In this document: positions 31,392-42,033 of the stretch, piece by piece
Numbering within the stretch: position 1 is the stretch's first letter
Layout of the letters: each line of letters starts with the position of its first letter
From: Rickettsiales bacterium
GTDB taxonomy: Bacteria; Pseudomonadota; Alphaproteobacteria; Rs-D84
Assembly (NCBI GenBank): GCA_031266915.1
Contig: JAISAB010000007.1
Location: forward strand, 908 to 64,907
Direction of reading: 5' to 3'
Length of the DNA stretch: 64,000 bases
Notes under the pieces: generated by a model
The model's database searches: none
Told to the model about the DNA's origin: nothing
What the model saw: the letters and a program-made list of their open reading frames with translations, nothing else
Made by a program: the position numbers and the translations under genes

Positions 31392-32195
31392 ATGAACAGA
31401 GTTTTTCGATTTTTTATAGTCGCGCTTTGCCTTGCCCCGATTTTATCGGCGCAGGCCGCCGTTCAGGTCAAAAAGGCGGCGACCGTTACGACCAAGTCTT
31501 CGGCCGGCACCGAAGGTGCCGCCAGCCTGGTTCCGACCGTCATCGGATTGGTTTCCAACATTATCGAAATGAACGCAAAGCAGAACGCTTTGACCGCAGA
31601 ATGCATCCCAAGTTCGGCCGAGATGACGTTTGTGGATAGTATGATGAAAGAGTGGGCCAAGTCCGGGCAAACCACGGCCAGTGCGTTGCAGACGCTTTTG
31701 CGTCGCACACCTTGTCTCGCGACGGACAACGGATATGCGTCCGAAGCCGCAAATTCGGCGTCGGCGGGTTTATCCATCTGCTATAACTCTTTCGCTGGTA
31801 CCGGCAACGAGAACATGGTTTGGGAGAAATTTCCAAAAACGGGCAAGGGCACTTATTGCAAAAGTGGCGCGTACAACTGCACGGGCAGCGATTTGATAAC
31901 CGTGTCTGATACTTACGATTTATTCAATCTGATAGATTTTGGCGTGGCGGATTACACCATGTCCGAAGCGACGATGGCCGCGAAACTGCTAAACAAGGTC
32001 GAAACCTGTTCCAGTTCCAAGCTTAGCGCCAAGAAAAAAGCGATGTGGGGTGAATTCTTGACGACGACGGCGGGCTCGCTGGGGCAAAGTACCAATACCG
32101 GCGCGATTATGAATCAGGTCGGCGGCATCGCGTCCGGCGGCGGCGCGGGCGCCTTGGGTTCCCTGGGGTCAATCGCGCAGCAGTTTATAAAGTAA
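31392..32195 (+). CDS. Secreted hypothetical protein
   Basis: Signal peptide; TGATATAAT upstream. Confidence 0.75.
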   Translation: MNRVFRFFIVALCLAPILSAQAAVQVKKAATVTTKSSAGTEGAASLVPTVIGLVSNIIEMNAKQNALTAECIPSSAEMTFVDSMMKEWAKSGQTTASALQTLLRRTPCLATDNGYASEAANSASAGLSICYNSFAGTGNENMVWEKFPKTGKGTYCKSGAYNCTGSDLITVSDTYDLFNLIDFGVADYTMSEATMAAKLLNKVETCSSSKLSAKKKAMWGEFLTTTAGSLGQSTNTGAIMNQVGGIASGGGAGALGSLGSIAQQFIK

Positions 32196-32298
32196 TGGTT
32201 AGTAGATTTAAGATTGAGCAATCATAAATCTTAAATCCATTGACTCGCATGCCAAAAGTTCGTTATAATCAACCAAAAGGACCAAGGGGTTTTAAAAT

Positions 32299-33840
32299 AT
32301 GAAGAACGTATCTGTGCTTTGCGCTTTGTGCTCTGCGCTTTTATTGGCGGCTTGCGCGGGTTCTGGCGACGGCAACCGGCAATACGCGCCGGCCGCGACG
32401 CCGACCGTGGACTATGTCGAATCTTTGGATGTTTATTCTGCGCCGCACCAGGACTCGTTTCTGAATCAATTGGCGATGAACTATCGCTCTTATGCGATAT
32501 ACAACGCGCGCACGTCCGGATACTCTGAAATTGGCGAATTGTTCGCGCAAAAGGCCGTGGCGGCGTTCAGTGGCGAATTACCTTTCCCTGAAAGTTTGGA
32601 AAACTGGCCGGTCGGTGACGAAGAATTGGGATTTGAACTGCATAATTCCTATAACCAGTTGTTGGACGAGTTGAAAAATGACGCGGCCGACCGCAGCCCC
32701 GAGGTTGCCGCCGAAGCCCAGGCGAAATTCGATTGCTGGCTGTCCGCATCCGCCAGCGGACAGGCTTCGACCGCGGATGAATGCAAAATTCGTTTTAAAA
32801 AGGCCATGGCCGCGTTGGATTGCGGCGGCGAAACGGTTGTCCCGGCCAAGGTCGTCGCAACGACGGTTGATTCCGCCGAGCAGGTCGAAACCGCCCAGCG
32901 CGTCAAGACCGAGACTTATTATCCGGAAACGCGCCGTCTGGCCGCGATGAACGGCGCCGGCCATGCGCGCGACGGCGTGATTATCGTCAACAACGTCAAT
33001 GTTCCCGAACACTTGATTAATCCGGTGCCTGTCCAGCCGATGGTGTTCAACCAGAATATTTACGGCGGCGACAAGACTGTCGAAAAAAGCGTCAGCAACA
33101 GCGGCAACGTTTCGGGCAATACGGCTGTCAGCACCGAATGCCGCCAGAATCCGGGTGAATGCCCGTTGCAGCAGCAGCCGGTACCCGCCGATGACTTCGT
33201 CGATATGGTCGATGTCGTCGAAACGGCTGAGACCGGCGAAATCCCGATGATTGGCGAAGAACTGGTCACGCGCGAGGAATTTATTAATATAATGATGGCG
33301 ATGCGCGCCGAATTGACCGCGATTAACGCGCGCTTGGATAAAATCCAGGCCGCCCAGGGCGACAGGACGATGATAAAAGTCCAGCAGATTCCGCTGGAAC
33401 CTAAGCAGCATGTCATGGAAGAAATCTTCGAAATCCGCTTTGACTTCAACAAGTCTGAAATCAAGCCGGAATACCGTGAACTTATCCGAAAGCTGGCCAG
33501 CGCTGCCCAGGAAAACAGAAATATCAAGGTTTCCGTCGTCGGACACACCGATACGTCCGGCAGCGCCGCGTACAACTATGCCTTGGGCGGCAAGCGCGCC
33601 GAGGCGGTCCAAAAAATACTGGTCCAAAACGGCATACCTGCGTCCCAGATAGTGTCCGTGTCCGCCGGTGAAAGGGACTTGAAAGTCCAAACTGGTGACG
33701 ACGTACGCAACGCTGATAACCGCCGCGTCAGAGTCGTGAAAGAGGTCCACTATACCGAACCCGCGACACCCGCGCCCATCGCGGTTGAGGTCGAGGAATA
33801 CTCTGCGTCTGATTGCGGCGCGTACGGATGTGACCAGTGA
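32299..33840 (+). CDS. OmpA-domain lipoprotein
   Basis: Lipobox LAAC; AQAKFDCWL; IRFDFNKSEI...VVGHTDTSG...YNYALGGKRA...NRRV. Confidence 0.9.
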   Translation: MKNVSVLCALCSALLLAACAGSGDGNRQYAPAATPTVDYVESLDVYSAPHQDSFLNQLAMNYRSYAIYNARTSGYSEIGELFAQKAVAAFSGELPFPESLENWPVGDEELGFELHNSYNQLLDELKNDAADRSPEVAAEAQAKFDCWLSASASGQASTADECKIRFKKAMAALDCGGETVVPAKVVATTVDSAEQVETAQRVKTETYYPETRRLAAMNGAGHARDGVIIVNNVNVPEHLINPVPVQPMVFNQNIYGGDKTVEKSVSNSGNVSGNTAVSTECRQNPGECPLQQQPVPADDFVDMVDVVETAETGEIPMIGEELVTREEFINIMMAMRAELTAINARLDKIQAAQGDRTMIKVQQIPLEPKQHVMEEIFEIRFDFNKSEIKPEYRELIRKLASAAQENRNIKVSVVGHTDTSGSAAYNYALGGKRAEAVQKILVQNGIPASQIVSVSAGERDLKVQTGDDVRNADNRRVRVVKEVHYTEPATPAPIAVEVEEYSASDCGAYGCDQ

Positions 33841-33963
33841 CCTGACCCTTTGGTCGGGAAGTCGGGAAACAGTTGAGGTTGATATTTGATATTGATGCTT
33901 GACAAAAAGAATTTATTGGTATAATATCCCCGTAAAGAGGATGTTTATTTAAGAGGCAATTAA

Positions 33964-34179
33964 ATGAACAAAACAAGTAAATTTAAGACGGCCGGGCAGG
34001 GGTTGAATCCCAATGCCAAGGCGCAAGCTTTTGACACTAAGGCGGCCGAGCAGGGATTGAACCCCAAGACTCCGGCTTTTAATATTGCAGCGCAATTGGC
34101 GCTGTCGCTGGGCAAAGAGGGGTATACCGCGACGCAGATTCAAGACGCCCTGAAACAGGGCAGCGATCTGCAACTTTAA
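33964..34179 (+). CDS. Small hypothetical protein with an internal duplication
   Basis: TTGACA-17 bp-TATAAT at 33899-33925, GAGG RBS; KTAGQGLNP/KAAEQGLNP repeat. Confidence 0.5.
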   Translation: MNKTSKFKTAGQGLNPNAKAQAFDTKAAEQGLNPKTPAFNIAAQLALSLGKEGYTATQIQDALKQGSDLQL

Positions 34180-34881
34180 ACATTGCGCGATAAAGCGCGA
34201 TGTGTGTGTTTTGCGTTTTTTCAAACGATGAACAGGTTTGTAAAAATCCCGCCGACCCAGCGGGATTTTTTAAAGAATAAAGAGTAAAGAATAGAGAATA
34301 AATAATTCCAGAGTTTGTCATTGCGAGGGGCGTCAGCCCCGCGGCAATCCAGTGAAACAAATTTGTGCGCCCAACGGGCGCACACTCTTTTTGTCTCTCC
34401 TCCTCTTGGGTGGGAGTACCGTCCGCCTTCGTCCGTCGCCGCGGGAGCGGCGCCGAGACTACGGCGCGACCGTACTCCTCTACAGGAGGAGAACTTAAAG
34501 TGCGATAAAGCCACGCTCTATATTATCTGGATTACCGCGTGGCTGGCGCCCCTTTTTGGTTACCACTTAACAGAACACAGAAACAGTTAAATTCCTCTCT
34601 GGCTAAGGGGGCGGCGTGACGGGGTGTGATATAACGCTTCTTTTGGTGAACAACTGATAAACACATTATAATGGTGTGTATTGACTGGACTATGGGAATT
34701 ATTTCCTTGACAAATCTGTTTTAAATGAATATATTCCAAAATAGGAACTGGGGTAGTCTGTGACGCCACTTGTGGTATGCAATGGACGACTTTGCTAGTA
34801 AGGGCCTGGAATTATGCGCATCCGCTTTTTGCGAAGCGCTTTTTCTATTTCGAAAAGCACACTAAAAACAAAGGAAAAAAT

Positions 34882-36348
34882 ATGAAAAAGTCCACAAATA
34901 TGAAAAAATACATCGCGGTTATTGCGGCCACCGGTGTTTTCGGCGTTTGCAGTGCAAATGCTGCCTTATCGACTATTAGCGACTCAGAAACTGGGATGCT
35001 GTTTGGCGCGGGCTCGGGTAGCGTTAATAACACTACTAATTATTTGAATGGAATCGTTAATGCGGTCAATGCGAACACCTCTGGCGTTTCCACCCTGACC
35101 ACTGACTTGGGCACCGCCGAGGGTAAACTTACCAACGCGAATACCCTGTTGGGTGCAGATTTGAGCGATACAAGCTCGGTGCAAACTGCGCTTACCGGCA
35201 CAATTGCTGGTAACGCAACCACCATTACCGGGGCAATCAATGCGATTGACACAGCGGTCAGCACTAACACCACCAACATTACCCAAAACGCCAACGACAT
35301 CTCGGCCTTGGACACCAGAGTGGACACAGCAGAGGGTAAACTTACCAATGCTAATACCCTGTTGGGTGCAGATTTGAGCGACACAAGCTCGGTGCAAACT
35401 GCGCTTACCGGCACAATTGCTGGTAACGCAACCACTATTACAGGGGCAATTAACGCGGTTGACACAGCGGTCAGCACTAACACCACCAACATTACCCAAA
35501 ACGCCAACGACATCTCGGCCTTGGACACCAGAGTGGACACAGCGGAAAACAACATCACAACCCTGCAAAACGACATGTACGATGCGCAAGAGAGATTAAA
35601 AAACGCAGCTTCCACGTTGGGCATAGACATGACCGACATTGACTCGGTGCAAAAAAACCTTACAGGCCCGAATGCCGGCGGAGGCAAAGCAAGCACCCTT
35701 GTCGGTGCGGTCAATGTAATTGACGCGGCGGTCGGCGTTAACGCCACTAAACTTGCCAACGCTGGAAACGCGCTGGGCATAGACCTGAGCGACGCGTCGG
35801 CAATGGACGACGCGCTTACCGGCCCGAATGCCACCGGAAAAACCAACTTTGTCGATGCGGTCAATACGATTGATGCCGCGGTTGGTGATTTGTCGACGTT
35901 CAACGGATTGCTTACCGGTTCCAGCTCGGTCGTAGAGGCCGCATTGCGCAATGCCGATAACATCGGAAATATGTCGTTTAACGGTGCGGCCAGCAGCTCG
36001 CTGAGCCTGACCGAAGCAATCAACGCGAACCAGGCTTGGGCGCAGGGCGAATTCAACGCGCTGGGCAATCGGATTCAGGGCGTCAGCGACCGCGTTGATG
36101 ATTTGAGCGACGAACTGCGCGCCAGCCTTGCGGCCGCGAACGCGATGTCCGCGCTGGTTCCGAACGCCCGTTCGGTCGGCAACACCCAGCTTTCCATCGG
36201 CACCGGCGGCTATCGTGACCAAGTTGGTGTCGCGGCGGGCTTGTTCCACTATGTTTCGGACGGAGCTTTGCTGAACGCCGCCGTTTCCTATGGTACGGGA
36301 AAACAGGGCGACCTGGGCTGGCGCGCTGGAATCACTTTTGGATTCTAA
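34882..36348 (+). CDS. Trimeric autotransporter adhesin (YadA-like)
   Basis: Signal peptide; coiled-coil stalk with N/T-rich heptads (ITQNANDISALDTRV); anchor LAAANAM...GTGGYRDQVGVAAG...GITFGF. Confidence 0.92.
   Translation: MKKSTNMKKYIAVIAATGVFGVCSANAALSTISDSETGMLFGAGSGSVNNTTNYLNGIVNAVNANTSGVSTLTTDLGTAEGKLTNANTLLGADLSDTSSVQTALTGTIAGNATTITGAINAIDTAVSTNTTNITQNANDISALDTRVDTAEGKLTNANTLLGADLSDTSSVQTALTGTIAGNATTITGAINAVDTAVSTNTTNITQNANDISALDTRVDTAENNITTLQNDMYDAQERLKNAASTLGIDMTDIDSVQKNLTGPNAGGGKASTLVGAVNVIDAAVGVNATKLANAGNALGIDLSDASAMDDALTGPNATGKTNFVDAVNTIDAAVGDLSTFNGLLTGSSSVVEAALRNADNIGNMSFNGAASSSLSLTEAINANQAWAQGEFNALGNRIQGVSDRVDDLSDELRASLAAANAMSALVPNARSVGNTQLSIGTGGYRDQVGVAAGLFHYVSDGALLNAAVSYGTGKQGDLGWRAGITFGF
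35113..35545 (+). repeat. 213-bp (71-aa) near-identical tandem duplication within the adhesin stalk
   Basis: GAGGGTAAACTTACCAA at 35119 and 35332. Confidence 0.9.
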
Positions 36349-36437
36349 GTGTAATGGCGCGAGTTCGCGAAGCGTAAAACAAATCGCTTCGCGAACTCGC
36401 CAAGGTTTATGCTTCACGAAAGAAAAAGGATTCTAAC

Positions 36438-36899
36438 ATGAAGAAATTTTGCATTTATTTGGCCTTTGGGCTTTGCGTTACCGGCGCGTATGCAGCCGGC
36501 GGCCACGATACCATCGCCGATATATATTTCCGGTTTGACAAGTCGGATATAACGCCGGTCGCTTCGGTCGTTCTGGAAAATGTCGCGGCCCGCGTGGAAC
36601 ATCCGAAATGCGTATCAGTCCGCGTTGTCGGTCATACGTGCGCGCTGGGCAAAAAAGGATACAACGACAGACTTGGTTTGAAGCGCGCCAAATCCGTGAA
36701 AGCCGCGCTTGTCCGCATGGGATTTAATCCCGATAATATTCAGGTCGAAACAGTCGGCAGTCGGGAACCGATTGCGAAGTACGATCGCGCGGGCAGCCGT
36801 ACCGAGAAAAACCATATCCGGAACCGTGTTGCGGAAATTTATCTTTTGCCGCGCACCACCAGCTGGTGGCAGGAGTTCAATTGCAAACGGGGTTTATAA
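36438..36899 (+). CDS. OmpA-family peptidoglycan-binding protein
   Basis: IYFRFDKSDI, VVGHTC, YNDRLGLKRA, NRVAEI. Confidence 0.85.
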   Translation: MKKFCIYLAFGLCVTGAYAAGGHDTIADIYFRFDKSDITPVASVVLENVAARVEHPKCVSVRVVGHTCALGKKGYNDRLGLKRAKSVKAALVRMGFNPDNIQVETVGSREPIAKYDRAGSRTEKNHIRNRVAEIYLLPRTTSWWQEFNCKRGL

Positions 36900-36923
36900 A
36901 AAACCGGCTTTGGCCGGTTTTTT
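36899..36923. terminator. Intrinsic terminator
   Basis: aaaaccggc-tttg-gccggtttttt. Confidence 0.75.
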
Positions 36924-36975
36924 AAATAGCAATTGGGGCGCGGTAACCGCCCGCTGTGGCTCTTTGGCATGGTAA

Positions 36976-38139
36976 CTATCGAGAATATTTGAACAGAATT
37001 TCCTTATCCTTATTTGGGATATTATTATAACAACTCCTAATCCTTGCGTATTTTTCGCCAGACAACTTTAATGCGATGTCATAACGAAGTTTATTCGCCC
37101 GCGCGAGCATTTGTTTGATTCCCGCTGCATCAATCTTGCCGTTCGAATTCAACAAATCTTTATAACGCAGGGCATAAGGTTCGCGCAGTGTGACCGGGAC
37201 ACAGACGCCAACAGTATCGCGGCCAACACCGTCATAACAAACAAAATTGTCTCCAAGATACTCACATGCATCAAAGTTTTTGTCTTGCAACATTTTATTT
37301 CCGATTGGTGACCTTGGCTCTGCAATAAGATACCTAAACTTTCCGCCGCTGGTTTTGCGCGATATTTGCGATTCAATAGCTTCTACGCTACCATAGTAGA
37401 TGATGGCATTCTTCGTCCCATCAAGATAGTTGCTGATAACATCATAGTTATATTTTAATCCGGAAAATTCATTAATCGATTCGATTGATACGTCAGGCAA
37501 ATAAAAGTCTTTCATAGAATTATATGTGGCATTTTCTCTTTCTTCTAAGTCTTTCGCATTTTTCAGTCTTGATTGCTCGTTTTTCGCTTTGTTCAGTTCT
37601 GATTCGAAATTCTGTTTTTTCTTGCGCGCAACGGCAATGCTATCTCTGAGAGCTTTTAATTCTGGCGGCATAATACCAAAATTTCTATAAATCTTGGCAC
37701 CAAATTCATATTTACCCTTAATATAGAATCCGCGGTCAGCTATATAATCTCGCATAGGATAGAAGTATTGTCCTATCTTTCTTTCAACTATAAGGGGAAT
37801 TACTTTTGATTCATCAAAGAAACCATGTACATCCACATTTTCTATGGTAGATTTTCTAGTAATCTGTCCAATAACTACTTCCGCATACACGTTTTCTTTT
37901 GCGAACTTCGTTTCCAGTTCTTTCTCTTGCTTTTCCAAACCTTCCAGATAATCTATGTAATAATCAACGCTGTCATGCATGGAAAGATAATATGTTTTCC
38001 TGTCATCTGGCAGAATATCTGAATTTTTTATTTCGCGTTTTGATGGCGTTTCTTCTTTGGGTTCATGAAAGACGTAGGCTGTAATACCACAGCAAGCAGC
38101 CATTATAAAAAGACATTCAAAAAAATTAGATTTTTTCAT
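36976..38139 (-). CDS. Hypothetical membrane-anchored protein (AT-rich)
   Basis: 387-aa ORF with N-terminal hydrophobic segment and coiled coils. Confidence 0.7.
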   Translation of the reverse strand: MKKSNFFECLFIMAACCGITAYVFHEPKEETPSKREIKNSDILPDDRKTYYLSMHDSVDYYIDYLEGLEKQEKELETKFAKENVYAEVVIGQITRKSTIENVDVHGFFDESKVIPLIVERKIGQYFYPMRDYIADRGFYIKGKYEFGAKIYRNFGIMPPELKALRDSIAVARKKKQNFESELNKAKNEQSRLKNAKDLEERENATYNSMKDFYLPDVSIESINEFSGLKYNYDVISNYLDGTKNAIIYYGSVEAIESQISRKTSGGKFRYLIAEPRSPIGNKMLQDKNFDACEYLGDNFVCYDGVGRDTVGVCVPVTLREPYALRYKDLLNSNGKIDAAGIKQMLARANKLRYDIALKLSGEKYARIRSCYNNIPNKDKEILFKYSR

Positions 38140-38158
38140 TTTTATTTCCTACAAAAAC

Positions 38159-38569
38159 TTATTTGTGATATTCGCGCGCAGTCTTTTTAATAATATTATT
38201 ACGAAAATTTTCAGATGAAGAACAATACGCATAACGAACTTTGTCATACTTTTTTCCGCTTAAAACACGCTTATCATGGATGATGATACGTTCAAAATCT
38301 GTTTTGGTCATCAAATCGCAATCTTCAGCCGGTGCGATTGCCCAATGCTGCATATCGTTATTTATCTTGCGATAAAGGCTGTCATATTCCAGCATTTCTG
38401 TTATATTTTCACGCATGACTTTTTTTGCGGCGCGGTCGGATTTGGACATATTTATAAAATCCAAAGTATCCGGGTTTTTAGTCAAATAGAACATCAGCGC
38501 GATTCCTGCAATGACACCCGCTGATAATGCTTTTATTGTTAATAAATCATAATTTTGTTTTTTAGTCAT
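38159..38569 (-). CDS. Hypothetical membrane-anchored protein (AT-rich)
   Basis: 136-aa ORF with one TM helix; AGGGA RBS. Confidence 0.65.
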   Translation of the reverse strand: MTKKQNYDLLTIKALSAGVIAGIALMFYLTKNPDTLDFINMSKSDRAAKKVMRENITEMLEYDSLYRKINNDMQHWAIAPAEDCDLMTKTDFERIIIHDKRVLSGKKYDKVRYAYCSSSENFRNNIIKKTAREYHK

Positions 38570-38903
38570 TTTGTTTTTCCCTTTGGTTTAAACCTGTCTT
38601 TATGCACTTCGGACAAACATCAGATTTGGTGCTTTTCAATTCTATCCCTCTTGTATATTTTGTCAAATATTTTTGTCAAGAAAATGACATGTTATTATTT
38701 CGGGATTTTTCTGAACAGTTAGTCATTGTAGCTTTCTCTGATGATTTACTTTATCGGAAGAAAAATAGTAAAAATCGATTTCGTTCATCAGTGCTTGACA
38801 TTTTTTGCTTTTTCGCTACAATAGGAAAAACATAGCGGATGTTTCCGCAAAAAAGTTTCCATAAAAAAATTTAAAAAAGAAAATACAGAGGGAGTATATC
38901 CAA

Positions 38904-40172
38904 ATGCATGTGAATGAACTTAAGACAAAATCGCCGAAAGAGCTCTTGAAAATAGCCGAGGACATGGGCATCGAAAACCCGTCCCAGCTGAATGTGCAGC
39001 AATTGCGCTTCGCGGTGCTGCGCGTTATCGCCACCGATAAAAAAACAACCCTGATTGGCGACGGCGTGCTGGAACGCATGCAGGACGGATTCGGATTTCT
39101 GCGCGCGCCGGAAAGCAACTATCTGGCCGGCCCGGACGATTTGTACGTATCCCCGTCGCTAATCAAAAGATACGGATTGAAGACAGGCGACTATGTCGAG
39201 GGTCAAATCCAGGCCCCCCAGAACGAATCAGAACGTTATTTTGCGTTGGAGACAATCGAACGCGTGAACGGCGGCGACCCTGCGACGTTGCGCCACCGCA
39301 TATCGTTCGACGACATGACGCCGCTGTATCCGGACGAAATGCTGAAAATGGAAGTAGACGACGAAAAGGACAGGGGCCGTTCTTTGTCCGCGCGCGTTAT
39401 CGATTTGATTTCTCCGACGGGCAAGGGCCAGCGCTCGCTGATTGTCGCGCCGCCGCGCACCGGAAAAACGGTCATGCTGCAGAACATCGCCAATTCCGTC
39501 GCGACGAACTATCCCGATGTAAAGCTGATAGTGCTGCTGATTGACGAGCGTCCCGAAGAAGTCACCGACATGCAGCGCAGCGTCAAAGGCGAAGTCATAT
39601 CCAGCACTTTCGACGAACCGGCATCGCGCCATATCCAGGTCGCGGAAATGGTCATCGAAAAGGCCAAGCGCCTGGTCGAGGCCGGCCAGGATGTCGTCAT
39701 CCTGTTAGATTCCATCACGCGTTTGGGCCGCGCATACAATACGGTCGTCCCGTCGTCTGGCAAGGTTCTGACCGGCGGCGTCGACGCGTACGCGCTGCAG
39801 CGTCCGAAGCGTTTCTTTGGCGCGGCCCGTAATATCGAAGGCGGCGGATCTTTGACCATCATCGCGACGGCGCTGGTCGACACCGGTTCCAAGATGGATG
39901 AAGTCATATTCGAAGAATTCAAGGGAACCGGCAACAGCGAGATTATCCTGGACCGCAAATTGTCTGACAAGCGCGTCTATCCGGCAATCGACATCACGAA
40001 ATCCGGCACGCGCAAGGAAGACTTGCTGGTCACCAAGGACGTATTGTCCAAGATGTATGTGCTGCGCCGGATTATCAATCCGATGCAGACGCTGGAGGCG
40101 ATGGAATTTCTGTTGGACAAGCTGCGCACGACCAAAACGAATGCCGATTTCTTTGGCGCCATGAACGGGTAA
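38904..40172 (+). CDS. rho: Transcription termination factor Rho
   Basis: [41 protein letters not shown]. Confidence 0.99.
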   Translation: MHVNELKTKSPKELLKIAEDMGIENPSQLNVQQLRFAVLRVIATDKKTTLIGDGVLERMQDGFGFLRAPESNYLAGPDDLYVSPSLIKRYGLKTGDYVEGQIQAPQNESERYFALETIERVNGGDPATLRHRISFDDMTPLYPDEMLKMEVDDEKDRGRSLSARVIDLISPTGKGQRSLIVAPPRTGKTVMLQNIANSVATNYPDVKLIVLLIDERPEEVTDMQRSVKGEVISSTFDEPASRHIQVAEMVIEKAKRLVEAGQDVVILLDSITRLGRAYNTVVPSSGKVLTGGVDAYALQRPKRFFGAARNIEGGGSLTIIATALVDTGSKMDEVIFEEFKGTGNSEIILDRKLSDKRVYPAIDITKSGTRKEDLLVTKDVLSKMYVLRRIINPMQTLEAMEFLLDKLRTTKTNADFFGAMNG

Positions 40173-40195
40173 GGCGCAATTTCGCCGGCATGCGG

Positions 40196-40238
40196 GCAAA
40201 CAAAAGACGGGGCGGCTGCCGCCCCGTCTTTTGTTTGC
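40196..40238. terminator. Perfect palindrome with 21-bp arms after rho
   Basis: gcaaacaaaagacggggcggc-t-gccgccccgtcttttgtttgc. Confidence 0.75.
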
Positions 40239-40385
40239 GGAAATTCGGCCGGCATAGCCGGCAGATGGGAATTATCTTGATTTTTAACCGGATTTCTGAT
40301 ACCATGCGGCACATCAGATGTCATGGTCATTACCGCAATTCAATCAAATCGGAAATCGACCAGCCCAGCCTATTTTTGAAAAGCT

Positions 40386-41222
40386 TTATCGTTTATTCAA
40401 TATGTTGTATTTGTGAACCAGTTTCAGGACCGTGTATTTGTTTCTTAGCTTGCGGCGCACACTTGTGAACGGCAGCACCAGAAATCGTACGGCCTTATAC
40501 GCGATGTACGACACCAGCGGGTGTTTGAAATCCCACTGGTCCGCAACTTCTGGAAAATGCCGTGTGATTATCAAATATCTGTCCTGGATGCTTTTCAAAG
40601 ACCAGTAATCGCTGGACACGCCGGTGTGGTCGAAGTGCGACACGCACAGGTCGACAAAACGGAACCGCACGCCGCCGTTCCAGAATTTTATATTCAAATC
40701 CCAATCAGAAAACACCGGCATGGATATGTCATAGAATCCGTGTTTTTCAAACAAATCGCGGCGAAAGAACATCGCCTGGTGCGGCAGTCCCTGGCTTATC
40801 CAATAGCAGGGGTCTTTTTTGATTTTATCCATCGGGACGCGAAACGTCCGCTGCAATTTGCCATTCAGCGTGTAATAAATGTATCCATAGACGATTTCGT
40901 CACCGCTTTGGATTTCGTCGTTCATGCGCGCCAGAACTCCGTCGTTGGCGAACATGTCGCCGGCGTTCATGAAATTCACGTAATCACAGGACGCGCGGCG
41001 TACGCCCTTGTTCAGCGCGTCGTAAATGCCCCGGTCCCGTTCGGAAACAAAGACGTCGATCCGGTCGCGGTATTTATCGAACATGGCCAGCGTTTCAGCG
41101 TTGCTGCCGCCGTCGATGACAATCCATTCGAAATCTTGGAAAGTCTGGCTGGCGATGCTGGCGCAGGTGCGTTCCAAGTTCGGATCGTTATAGCATATTG
41201 TGATAATAGAAAACTTTGGCAT
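40386..41222 (-). CDS. Glycosyltransferase family 2
   Basis: FSIITICYN, WIVIDGGS, DRGIYDALNKG, FMNAGD, HQAMFFR. Confidence 0.93.
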   Translation of the reverse strand: MPKFSIITICYNDPNLERTCASIASQTFQDFEWIVIDGGSNAETLAMFDKYRDRIDVFVSERDRGIYDALNKGVRRASCDYVNFMNAGDMFANDGVLARMNDEIQSGDEIVYGYIYYTLNGKLQRTFRVPMDKIKKDPCYWISQGLPHQAMFFRRDLFEKHGFYDISMPVFSDWDLNIKFWNGGVRFRFVDLCVSHFDHTGVSSDYWSLKSIQDRYLIITRHFPEVADQWDFKHPLVSYIAYKAVRFLVLPFTSVRRKLRNKYTVLKLVHKYNILNKR

Positions 41223-41347
41223 GCATGCATCCTTGTAGATTTCTGATGACAGGGGCGGGCGGATATTTATCCCAATCGGCAGACATGCGCTGAAGTGTGC
41301 GCTATTGCGGGTTATTCGTCCGGTTAATTCGAATTCAATAGGAAAAT

Positions 41348-41603
41348 AAAACCGCCAAGAAATTGGCGGTCGGGCATTTCAAAAATCATACCACGAATGA
41401 CTCCGTGACTTTCGACGGACTCGTCTTATGACCACGGACACCCGACCATGCAAAAAGGCCAGGCTGCAACAGCGCAAAGCGCCATTATACAGAAATCGGA
41501 TAACGGCACTGTTGCGCCGCATGGTATGGGCTTTTGAAACCCCGAACTTCAATTCCCGTTGAAATTCGTTATGAATTATAAATGATGCGCAAAGGAAAAT
41601 CAA
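41348..41603 (-). promoter_or_regulatory. Sigma70 promoter plus attenuator-like leader, copy D
   Basis: Minus strand TTGATT-17 bp-TATAAT; GGGGTTTCAAAAGCCCATACCA pairs with TGGTATGATTTTTGAAATGCCC; terminator ACCGCCAA-TTTC-TTGGCGGT plus T-tract. Confidence 0.65.
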
Positions 41604-41604
41604 C

Positions 41605-41844
41605 ATGAAAAATATTTATTTTGCTGCCGCGGCCGTATTGACCGTGGCCGGCGCATATTGGGCCGGCGGTCGCGCCGCGTTCCACCGGTGCCGGGCGGAA
41701 CTTGCGATCGAACGCATCGCGTCCGATGTCCGGATGCAAAACGTAATCATCAAAATCAAGGCAAAAATAAATGAAGAAACTTATAATACCGGCGCTGGGG
41801 CTGTTCGCGACAGCCTGCGCGCAAAATACACTATCCGGGACTGA
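41605..41844 (+). CDS. Small membrane-anchored protein, i-spanin-like
   Basis: N-terminal TM (AAAAVLTVAGAYWAGG) followed by a helical segment; AAGGA RBS. Confidence 0.55.
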   Translation: MKNIYFAAAAVLTVAGAYWAGGRAAFHRCRAELAIERIASDVRMQNVIIKIKAKINEETYNTGAGAVRDSLRAKYTIRD

Positions 41845-41983
41845 CATGGCCGCCATCAGGCAGTTCTGCGAGCCAATCTATGGCCGTGCCGCGGATTGGG
41901 ACGCCATCAGTGATTATTTGGCCCGCAACATATACCGGCATAATCGGCAGTGCGAGGAAATTCAAATAGCAATTATCAAATAG
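41771..41983 (+). CDS. Small lipoprotein, o-spanin-like
   Basis: MKKLIIPALGLFATAC lipobox; starts inside the upstream gene in another frame. Confidence 0.6.
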   Translation: MKKLIIPALGLFATACAQNTLSGTDMAAIRQFCEPIYGRAADWDAISDYLARNIYRHNRQCEEIQIAIIK

Positions 41984-42033
41984 CAATTAGGGTGCAATAT
42001 TTAGCTGTGATGCTTTAAACTGCACCATAATTG

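Noticed and set aside
33985-34075. tRNA-like fragments (GGTTCAATCCC on the minus strand)
   Set aside because: T-stem and acceptor stem do not pair; better explained as an internal duplication in a small ORF
34740-34845. Riboswitch upstream of the YadA-like gene
   Set aside because: GC-enriched leader, but no recognisable aptamer consensus
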